In this document: in pieces, positions 56,221 through 64,000 of the stretch | How the letters are laid out: every line of letters begins with the position of its first letter | How positions within the stretch are numbered: the stretch's first letter is position 1 | Source of the DNA: an uncultured virus (IMG/VR IMGVR_UViG_3300042997_001870) | Taxonomy: Duplodnaviria; Heunggongvirae; Uroviricota; Caudoviricetes | Reading direction: 5' to 3' (one strand) | DNA length: 64,000 bases | Virus record (IMG/VR): IMGVR_UViG_3300042997_001870 | Notes under the pieces: generated by a model | What the model was told of the DNA's origin: nothing | Database searches by the model: none | Seen by the model: only the letters and a program-made list of their open reading frames with translations | Translations under genes and position numbers: made by a program

Positions 56221-57573
56221 TTATTTTATTCGTTCTTTACTACCCTTTAAATTACCGGATAGAACCTCAGTTTTACTGTCTACTTCTGAACTCAATGCAA
56301 TAATTCCTGATCTAACGATACACTCATTTAAGTTAGCATAGATTATTGAATCTGGAGAGCTATTTATGTAGCTTGAGTCAATTCTATTCTCTGAGCCTTT
56401 TTCAAATAGGCAAGAGTCAAGATGACAGTATCTGATATCATTATTGGTTATAATTGTACATTCGCTTATGTGAGATGATCTTACTTTACAACCAAATAGA
56501 ACACAGTCCTTAACCTCAGCCTCAATCGAACAATTAATTAGATCTATTCCATGAATTCCAAATCCTTCTTTTAGCGAAGAATCCTTTAACTGAACTCTTT
56601 GAGTTGAGGTATCATAGTTCAATTGGCCCTTTTCCATTTTTCCAAAGGTAACCAGATCAAATAAGCTATCCCTAAAATTAAGGTAGTTTGCCTCAAGAAT
56701 ACGAGGATCGTCTTTTAAGTCAACGTACAATTCAATATTTGGAAAATTCTTAATAAAGTTTTCATACGTCTTAAGCGCAAGAGTATTTCCTCTCTGTTTC
56801 TTTAGAACATCAAAAACTTTCTTTTGTTCATCAATTGAGTATTGATAATTTGATTGTAAAGTTGATTGCAGAGATTCAGCAATATAGTTAATTAATGAAG
56901 TTGCACTCTGTCTCTTAATTTGATAATCGGTACCACCTGCATATCTAACTTCAAGATAACCTTCATGTAGCTTTTCAAAATTTAATCCAAAGTACTTAGA
57001 TTGCGGATACATATAGTCAAGAGGACTGCTTGGTCTAGCATAGTCAAGAGATGTTTCTGCAAGAAATTTATTCTTTGGATAGATGTTTGATACTGAGTTC
57101 TTGTAAATCTTTTGCATTCTTGATTTAGCAGAAGGCCACATCTCAAATATTCTTTCTTCATTTAGGGCTAAGATGTACTTGAACACATTTAGATTCTGTA
57201 ATCTTTCACGTAGACCTAGGTCAAATTCATTTAATGAGATATTGATGTGCATGCCAGTACGGTCAGAAGTGAATCCGTTTTCATCAATGAAATTCATTAC
57301 TTTGTACATTACATGAATTGCTTCATTGTATGGCATTACTCCAGTAATAAGTTCGTTCATTTTAAATCCACCTGAAAAATCAGGTTCTATTTTAAAATCA
57401 GAATAGCTTACTGGAATATCTGAACCGTAATCATTTGTGCTGATTACATTTTTGCCAAGTAACGAAGATAGTTTCTCAGCAAGTTCAGCACGCTCAATTG
57501 GAGAAAAGAACTCAAATTCAAATCCCAAATTTACGTTGTCGAATAGACTTTGTTTAGTTAAATCTTTATACAT
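56221..57573 (-). CDS. Putative amidoligase (COOH-NH2 ligase type 2) with C-terminal beta-helix-like repeats
   Basis: GFEFEF, ELITG, TGMHINIS, KYFGLN, LEVRYAGG. Confidence 0.8.
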   Translation of the reverse strand: MYKDLTKQSLFDNVNLGFEFEFFSPIERAELAEKLSSLLGKNVISTNDYGSDIPVSYSDFKIEPDFSGGFKMNELITGVMPYNEAIHVMYKVMNFIDENGFTSDRTGMHINISLNEFDLGLRERLQNLNVFKYILALNEERIFEMWPSAKSRMQKIYKNSVSNIYPKNKFLAETSLDYARPSSPLDYMYPQSKYFGLNFEKLHEGYLEVRYAGGTDYQIKRQSATSLINYIAESLQSTLQSNYQYSIDEQKKVFDVLKKQRGNTLALKTYENFIKNFPNIELYVDLKDDPRILEANYLNFRDSLFDLVTFGKMEKGQLNYDTSTQRVQLKDSSLKEGFGIHGIDLINCSIEAEVKDCVLFGCKVRSSHISECTIITNNDIRYCHLDSCLFEKGSENRIDSSYINSSPDSIIYANLNECIVRSGIIALSSEVDSKTEVLSGNLKGSKERIK

Positions 57574-57579
57574 ATTGTT

Positions 57580-59652
57580 TTATCTGTTTATTGCAATGAA
57601 TGGTACATTTAGTCGAGGTCGAGCGTTATCTATAATCTCAAGCATTGACTCGTCTCTAATGAATAGCTGACTTATTATAAATTCATGATCCTCTGCTTGC
57701 ACCATTGTATTAAATAGTCTAATATTAGCAATTGAATAGTTAGCGGCTGGTAACGTCCAATTCTCAGTAGTTTCAAAAGAGAACTGTCCAATATTAGAAG
57801 AGCTTGAGTAAACGCCGATTAACCGATTTGAGTTTTTTACGTTTGCTGGATCTTGGCCAAATGAATATATGTTTACTGCTAGCTGGCCATATTGAGCAGA
57901 GACTGGAATTACTAAAGAATACCACGTATCATAGGTTAAGGTACCTACCGTAAATGGATAAATTGTATTATTTATGTTTACGTAGATTGTTGCAGTCGCG
58001 GTAATTCCATCAATATCAACTAGATTACATGTGATAATTAGTCCCTTTTCTTGAAAATTATCAAATCCATCTAATATCTTTATGGTTTGTGAACCTTTAT
58101 TGAATTTAACAATACTGCTAAATGTCATGTTTGGAGTATTTACAGTGGATGCAACTGCTTTATAAACAACTGCATTTTCAGATTGTTTAAATTGAAGAAC
58201 TCCACTTGAGTATGCAGTAATATCTCTACGCTCATTTGAGTTAAATGATAAGTTCTTATAACCTTCAACCGTAACGTATTTTCCAGTTGCTGGATTATAT
58301 GAGTCCTTTGGACCGTTCATTTTAACTGGTAAAAGTTTACCTGCACTATTTATGTTAGAGTCTCCAGTATTTAGCTGTCGAGCAATCCAATTTTTATAAA
58401 TTTCACTATTCTCATACGCGAAAACTGTGTATGGAGAATTAGGTGAAAGGTCTTGATCTTGAGTTGTGCCGTTTGACACAATTTGATAGCTTGCAACAAT
58501 CGGTTTTACTGCACTCATATCATAATAATATTCAATTAATGGAGAGTAATTAAACGTATAATCTAAGATTTTATTATTTAGGTCAGGGTGAAGTGATCTA
58601 CGCGTCTCATCAAATTTATTGGAAATGGTTTTTAATTGCTGCTTGTTAAGAGCATCTTTCTTTTGAACCTCAGCCGGTGCACCAAATAACTCATCGCTAG
58701 TCATAATAATATTGTCTAGGAACCTACGATCATCAGCTTTCATTAACATATCGATATTCGGATGAAACTTAGTTAACTGAATTTTCCAATAAAGCGGTTC
58801 CATCATAAATCCTCTAAACAGATAGCTACCTTGAATTTCATACATTCGATTAGTTAGCGGCATGTATAAGTAATCTCTCTTTCGAGGTTGAGAGTTTGGT
58901 CCAAATATTGATTGAAAATAAATGTGATCAACGTGAATCTCAAATGGAATTTCAAAATCTACTCCAAATTCGGTGAAATTAGGCTTGTTATCTGGGAAAA
59001 TATTATTAGGTACAACAACCTTAACACACTTGCGGTCAGTTGTTTTAAAGAGAGTCCATTCCTTAAAAATAAAGTCTCCACCATCTCTATCAGGTTCAGT
59101 CTTAAAATAAACAACCTCATGGCCGAATAATTTATTTGTTTGTAGACTTAATTCTTTTGAAATACCGATAGCACTGCCGACTTCATAAGGTTTAAAAGAA
59201 GCTTCTCTTTCAGCAACCAGCGCTGGGCAACGTTCAGGAGAACAGCTAACTGATGGTGTATAAAGAGTCTCGTCAGCTTTTGTGCTTTGAATTTTAAATT
59301 TAGCAGAGTTAATAACTAATGAATCTACGATTGCATCGTAAGTTGTATCATCATACTCATACTTAACTTCTATGAATAACTGAGACTCATTAAATTCCAA
59401 CACATCAATTTCCGAAATATCACTTGGGCTAAATGAGTACCATAGTGACCAGTTTCCACGGTCAGTAGAGTATCTGAACTTACGGTTTATGTAAGTAGCA
59501 TTAGCTCCATTTAGTGTCAAATCTTCAGTAAATCCAACAATTTTCACAGCCCCAGGGACAGGATCACCAGCTGAAAAAATTCTATAATTTTTGCTGTATG
59601 CAATCGAGTTCTTATCTAGGTCTGGAATTATCTTGTAGGTGACTACTTGCAT
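57580..59652 (-). CDS. Neck / head-completion-like structural protein (gp14-like core); start revised to MQVVTY
   Basis: FGHEVVYF...PRKRDYLYMPLTNRMYEI; ATAAATA box at 59670-59676 supports the 59652 start. Confidence 0.65.
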   Translation of the reverse strand: MQVVTYKIIPDLDKNSIAYSKNYRIFSAGDPVPGAVKIVGFTEDLTLNGANATYINRKFRYSTDRGNWSLWYSFSPSDISEIDVLEFNESQLFIEVKYEYDDTTYDAIVDSLVINSAKFKIQSTKADETLYTPSVSCSPERCPALVAEREASFKPYEVGSAIGISKELSLQTNKLFGHEVVYFKTEPDRDGGDFIFKEWTLFKTTDRKCVKVVVPNNIFPDNKPNFTEFGVDFEIPFEIHVDHIYFQSIFGPNSQPRKRDYLYMPLTNRMYEIQGSYLFRGFMMEPLYWKIQLTKFHPNIDMLMKADDRRFLDNIIMTSDELFGAPAEVQKKDALNKQQLKTISNKFDETRRSLHPDLNNKILDYTFNYSPLIEYYYDMSAVKPIVASYQIVSNGTTQDQDLSPNSPYTVFAYENSEIYKNWIARQLNTGDSNINSAGKLLPVKMNGPKDSYNPATGKYVTVEGYKNLSFNSNERRDITAYSSGVLQFKQSENAVVYKAVASTVNTPNMTFSSIVKFNKGSQTIKILDGFDNFQEKGLIITCNLVDIDGITATATIYVNINNTIYPFTVGTLTYDTWYSLVIPVSAQYGQLAVNIYSFGQDPANVKNSNRLIGVYSSSSNIGQFSFETTENWTLPAANYSIANIRLFNTMVQAEDHEFIISQLFIRDESMLEIIDNARPRLNVPFIAINR

Positions 59653-59731
59653 TAATTTGTTCTTTTTGTTATTTATCGCAGAGTATTGCGGTTTTAGCCT
59701 AAAATAAATAACAAGAAAACTAGGGGTACTT

Positions 59732-60523
59732 ATGAAAACTTTAAACCCTAGGCTGGTGTTAGACCCAATGTGGCTTTGCCAAGCCAATTTTGTAGATCCA
59801 GAGTACTACAATTACGTACTCCTGGATGCGAAGGCTAAGTATCTCAATAATCTTGAGACTGACTTCTCTAACTTTTACGAGATAACATTTCATTATCTAA
59901 ATTTAAACACAATTATTGCAGACAAGAAGGTCTACGATTCACATCTGAATGTTGTTAGGGCACATCAAAACTTAATGGATATAGTATCTCAATTGGCCCA
60001 ACTGAATGACTCTAATGGGAAGGAGATCATCCGAATGGCATCAACTTTGTTGGCTGAGGTAATGCAAACCTACTTGGTAAAACAGATACCTGTGTTGGAA
60101 CACTTAAACTTTCACCTAAATAACACAAATGTTCATAAACAAGAAAAAATCTATATTGTTTGTAAATCTGGCAAGCTTGATAGATATGACGTTTATAAGT
60201 TAAATATGAAGAGCTCACGTAGCTTAGGCTATTCAATAACCAAAAAAGCAGTATTAACTCTACCTGGATTGAAACCTAATGAATTTAGGGAAAGGCTACT
60301 TGCTGAAAAACCTTTACTTACGGATTTTGATCCAGACAGAAATGTTGTGGTTGTTTCAGGCACTGACCATGTAGTATTGTCAGATGGAATTTGTCTGACT
60401 AAGGACATTATCTTATTGAATAAAATAATGAACCTTAGCCATGGTTTTGATGCTAATGTCCTATTGGACTATCATCGAATGCTTGATAAAAAGAAGGTCA
60501 TTCCGTTTAAGCTTCGGGCATAA
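59732..60523 (+). CDS. Hypothetical protein
   Basis: 263-aa ORF with ATAAATA box at 59704-59710. Confidence 0.75.
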   Translation: MKTLNPRLVLDPMWLCQANFVDPEYYNYVLLDAKAKYLNNLETDFSNFYEITFHYLNLNTIIADKKVYDSHLNVVRAHQNLMDIVSQLAQLNDSNGKEIIRMASTLLAEVMQTYLVKQIPVLEHLNFHLNNTNVHKQEKIYIVCKSGKLDRYDVYKLNMKSSRSLGYSITKKAVLTLPGLKPNEFRERLLAEKPLLTDFDPDRNVVVVSGTDHVVLSDGICLTKDIILLNKIMNLSHGFDANVLLDYHRMLDKKKVIPFKLRA

Positions 60524-60821
60524 CTAACGTGATTGATTCAATCATGGTATTACTGGTTAGCTGGATTAGTGATGGATCGTTTTTTCCTGGAAAAACCTCT
60601 ACACCATTTACTGTTAATTTTTGATCAATTACTGAATAATTAGCTGGAGCCAACTGATCGAGTTCTAGGTCAACTTTAGCAAATAGATCAGTCGAAATGA
60701 TATGATCTGGGTCTGATGGTGTAATGTCGAAAGTTGTATCAACTAATGGATTTTCAAGGTCCAATTGCAGTGTCTCTCGGTTAAGGATCTTTATAAATTT
60801 GGCAGTTACTGTTAAATTCAT
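60507..60821 (-). CDS. Hypothetical protein
   Basis: 104-aa ORF downstream of a fibre gene. Confidence 0.65.
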   Translation of the reverse strand: MNLTVTAKFIKILNRETLQLDLENPLVDTTFDITPSDPDHIISTDLFAKVDLELDQLAPANYSVIDQKLTVNGVEVFPGKNDPSLIQLTSNTMIESITLVMPEA

Positions 60822-60844
60822 GGTTTTAGTATTTTTAAGTAGTG

Positions 60845-63721
60845 TTAAGATCTAGATACAGTATATGATATATTAAACATAATTGTCCTATTTGCGGTAT
60901 TTAGAGCTAACGGATTGTAGCCAGCAGTGCGTGCACCAACAAAGAAAAGTTTAAATGAAGTATTTCCTGAAACCCTAGTGTGGTAACTGTGTGCAATCGT
61001 CCCAGTTTCTATCTGATTTCCGCCAGATCCAAAGAACCTCTGAGCTTCTGTTAGAGAATCTGTATGATTAATCTCTGTCCAGACACCGACCCTTGCGTCA
61101 TTTAGTAGGAAGCTTGTGCCAACTGAATCTGGTAAATTTCCTATTAAAATATGGTTGAGCTCGGCAGCAGAGTTTGAAGTAGACCCAGAGGCCCACTTAA
61201 TCCAACCAGTAAGGTGAATTATACTACCGATTCTGGTCCATTGGCCTCCAGTTGTAAATGTTACATGTGAAGTATCGCCAGTAACAGTTGGGGTCCAAGT
61301 ACCTTCAGCATATCGATCTAGAGTATAAGCATTACCTGAAGCGGCGATTGTTGCTGGGAATCTTAAACCAGTTGTAAGTTCTCCACTGTTATTCATTGCA
61401 AATCTTGGCGTAAGGGTGTCATCTAAAACTCTTAACGACTCAGTATTTAGACCGAGAGTTTCTCCGCTATATGTGTTTGGATAAACGGTTAGAGTTGCTG
61501 GAGAAGTAGCTCCTTCTGGCGCGCAAACAAATACGCCATACGCTTGTTGGTAGTAACCAGGGTTAGACGTGCTTGACTGTAAATATACATTACCTTTACT
61601 ACCGATGTTAAATAATGCTGAATATCCATTTCCTCCATTTAAACTAAGGTGACCACCGTTGGTTTGATCGAATACATAAGCTCGACCAGCGCCACCTTGT
61701 ATTCTAACGGTTACGCCATTGACATCTCCAGCATTTGTAGCTTGTCTAGGCTGAATGTACACGGTACGATCAGCTCCGCCAGTTTTTGCATTATCCCAAT
61801 CAAATATTAAACTACCTACGCTATTAATGTAAGCTCTACGCTCAGCACCTAAAATTCCACGACTAACATTGAATGCTACTCTAGTAACTTCGGTTGATCC
61901 TTGAACATATCCTGAATCTACTTCAAGTACTACGCCAGCTAGATCAATTGTATTAGCTAGAATTGCACCAGCTGGAGTTCCATTAAAGTTCTTTTGGGAT
62001 GTGATTCCTCCAAAGCTAGTGCCTTCTAATGGATCAGATGAAGTTGAAACACTTCGGAAAGTTAATAGGTATCCGCTTTGTTCGGCAACGGTATTTGTCC
62101 CAGCACTTGGGTTCTTAGAAATATAGAATCTATTTGAACTTACTGATCCAAGTGGTGTGCCTAAGGCGTTTACTCTAGTTGCCGCTAAGTTAATATCAGT
62201 AGTTGCAATTTCAAAAATAGTAACGCCGCCTGTAACAATCTTAGCCTTAGTTTGACCTGCTGAAATTGAAGGTTCAAAACCAAATCCAATATAACTTGCT
62301 GGTGAACCGTTTGTGGTTGCTCCGCGCTTTAAGAAAATACCGTCAATAAGAATGCTACTACCTGATTCAGTATCCGCAAGAATCTTAGAGTTAGTAAATT
62401 TCATTTCAAGAGTTCTACCATCAGCATGAGAAGATTCAGCTTTATTAATCTTCCAAACATGTTCACTATTTCTTCTTGGTGAAAATGATTCAGATGTAAT
62501 TGAAGAAACTCCAGCAGATGATAGATCGTACTCGGCTCTTAGGAAGTATCTGCCTGGAGCAGATTCGTCCCCGAATGGAGTAGCAAAGGCTAATCTATAC
62601 TTACGCATTCTCAAGTTTTCAAAGCTTGGACTAATTACGTAAGCTGCTCCAGTAACACCAGCAGTATATGAAGTATTTAATGGATCAACTGATCCTAATT
62701 CAATTTGAGCACGGTAACCTTTGCTTAAAGGATTTGTTTGAAATTCTTGAGCAGGTGAGGCAGTACTATTAAAATAAGAATATAGTGATAAGTTGGCAGT
62801 AGCTGGAAAAATATTATCTGGAGTTACCGGGTAAGTTATTAACTTTTGAAGACCGGAGCCAACCGCAGTTAACACGATTGGATTATTTGCAATTACATCT
62901 GCTGCAGTTTCACATAACTGAATTGCTACTGACGTTGAGCTAAGTACATAGTACCCTGTAAAATTAGTAAGACCTCCAATAACGGTGCCGCTCTCAGCTG
63001 AATAAGTTACGTATTGTCCAGTTGATAATCCATGAGCTGATGTAAATATAATTAAGTTATTTGCCAAGTCAACACCGGCAGTAGAAGGAGAAGATCCGGC
63101 AGCTGCTGGGAAAGGTACTGGCGTTGAACTATTTGCAGGAGTAGCTATTCCAGCAGGCGAAGTATAAACAACTGAACGAGTGTTTAATTCATTAAAGTTA
63201 TACAGAACTGTCTGATAGTTAGTCGGTAATCCTGGAGTTGCATAGCTTGGATCAGTCGAGGTTGAACTATTAGTTAAGTCTATACCAGATGTAATTCTAG
63301 ACTTTACTATTCTAGAGGTCGGAGTTAATCTATTGTATGGAGAAATATTTGAGCCTAATGCATTTATTACTAGCGAATTAAAATCAGTTAATTCTAACCA
63401 GCCAGTTCCAGTAAATTTAAGAATCTTTTCGCCAGTTATTAAAATATCGTTAGCAACCATTGAACTTGGATAAGTACCAGGAGTTGGAGGGACTGTTGGC
63501 GCAATTACTGCATTTAAACCAAATATTACTGAACCAGTAGGTCCGGCTGGGCCGTCTGGTCCTTGTGGACCGTCTGGTCCAACTATTCCGGTTGAGCCAA
63601 TAGGGCCTGGCTGACCAATACCAAGTGCAACCAGTTGGTTAAAATTGAAATTTAACTTGTCTGAAATGATTGTTTGTGAATCAGTTGCAAATACTTCTTT
63701 TAGATTTATAATGACTGCCAT
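60845..63721 (-). CDS. Tail fibre-like protein with short collagen segment
   Basis: N-terminal DKLNFNF followed by GPDGPQGPDGPAG; C-terminal YAEGTWTP...WTRIG.IIHL fibre head. Confidence 0.75.
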   Translation of the reverse strand: MAVIINLKEVFATDSQTIISDKLNFNFNQLVALGIGQPGPIGSTGIVGPDGPQGPDGPAGPTGSVIFGLNAVIAPTVPPTPGTYPSSMVANDILITGEKILKFTGTGWLELTDFNSLVINALGSNISPYNRLTPTSRIVKSRITSGIDLTNSSTSTDPSYATPGLPTNYQTVLYNFNELNTRSVVYTSPAGIATPANSSTPVPFPAAAGSSPSTAGVDLANNLIIFTSAHGLSTGQYVTYSAESGTVIGGLTNFTGYYVLSSTSVAIQLCETAADVIANNPIVLTAVGSGLQKLITYPVTPDNIFPATANLSLYSYFNSTASPAQEFQTNPLSKGYRAQIELGSVDPLNTSYTAGVTGAAYVISPSFENLRMRKYRLAFATPFGDESAPGRYFLRAEYDLSSAGVSSITSESFSPRRNSEHVWKINKAESSHADGRTLEMKFTNSKILADTESGSSILIDGIFLKRGATTNGSPASYIGFGFEPSISAGQTKAKIVTGGVTIFEIATTDINLAATRVNALGTPLGSVSSNRFYISKNPSAGTNTVAEQSGYLLTFRSVSTSSDPLEGTSFGGITSQKNFNGTPAGAILANTIDLAGVVLEVDSGYVQGSTEVTRVAFNVSRGILGAERRAYINSVGSLIFDWDNAKTGGADRTVYIQPRQATNAGDVNGVTVRIQGGAGRAYVFDQTNGGHLSLNGGNGYSALFNIGSKGNVYLQSSTSNPGYYQQAYGVFVCAPEGATSPATLTVYPNTYSGETLGLNTESLRVLDDTLTPRFAMNNSGELTTGLRFPATIAASGNAYTLDRYAEGTWTPTVTGDTSHVTFTTGGQWTRIGSIIHLTGWIKWASGSTSNSAAELNHILIGNLPDSVGTSFLLNDARVGVWTEINHTDSLTEAQRFFGSGGNQIETGTIAHSYHTRVSGNTSFKLFFVGARTAGYNPLALNTANRTIMFNISYTVSRS

Positions 63722-64000
63722 TAAATGAACTTAATTTTTATTTTTGGTACGATTTTAACTCCGGTGTTAGGTTTTATCAAAATAGTTCCTTCAATTACTT
63801 TAGATTTGGTATTATTTATTCGGACTGAGCGAATTAAGTCATAACCTAAATCTCCAAGTAGGTCATAACCTACTTGTTCGAACAGAACTTCATTACCTAG
63901 TATTTCCCGGTCATCAAGTTCATAAAATTCAAATGAATCTACTTGATATAATTTAATCAAATTGGTCTCACTATATGCAGTAAGATATTCAGTAAGGGTT
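63721..64000 (-). CDS. C-terminal fragment of a gene extending beyond the window
   Basis: Frame is open from 63721 to the window edge (..TLTEYLTAYSETNLIKLYQV..). Confidence 0.7.
   Translation of the reverse strand, partial: TLTEYLTAYSETNLIKLYQVDSFEFYELDDREILGNEVLFEQVGYDLLGDLGYDLIRSVRINNTKSKVIEGTILIKPNTGVKIVPKIKIKFI

Noticed and set aside
59653..59787. N-terminal extension of the 735-aa ORF
   Set aside because: It overlaps the divergent gene and both promoter boxes; the ATG at 59652 is the more plausible start
1..64000. Stop-codon reassignment as seen in some large Bacteroidota phages
   Set aside because: Coding density is high under code 11, and TAA, TAG and TGA all end genes at sensible positions

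Overview
This is a 64 kb segment of a large, T4-like (myovirus-type) bacteriophage using the standard genetic code. The host is most likely a Bacteroidota member, judged from a DUF3127-like gene, a Flavobacterium-like bS21 and a Bacteroidota-style tmRNA tag. The left part holds DNA repair and nucleotide genes (UvsE, DEDD exonuclease, guanylate kinase, ATP-dependent ligase), a NUDIX hydrolase, ribosomal protein bS21, probable capsid-internal proteins and a glycosyltransferase/FkbM pair. The middle holds head, baseplate and packaging genes (gp26/gp51-like, ECF sigma, PhoH, terminase, gp6-like wedge) and a tmRNA. The right part holds LamG lectin appendages, tail completion genes and a ~21 kb candidate virion-glycosylation module. 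That module contains an Aah/TibC-type heptosyltransferase, methyltransferases, a GT-GT-FkbM fusion, a 2OG-Fe(II) oxygenase and an HPAT/SERGT-like transferase, next to a 3032-aa (Gly-Thr/Ser-Ser)n/(Gly-Pro-Thr)n fibre and a mucin-like poly-Thr protein. Signals read directly from the DNA include an integron-like attC cassette inserted at a GTTAT site, two candidate programmed frameshifts (one revealing an unannotated gp51-like ORF), two promoter classes, and several apparently leaderless genes. All family assignments come from motif recognition by eye; no searches were run.
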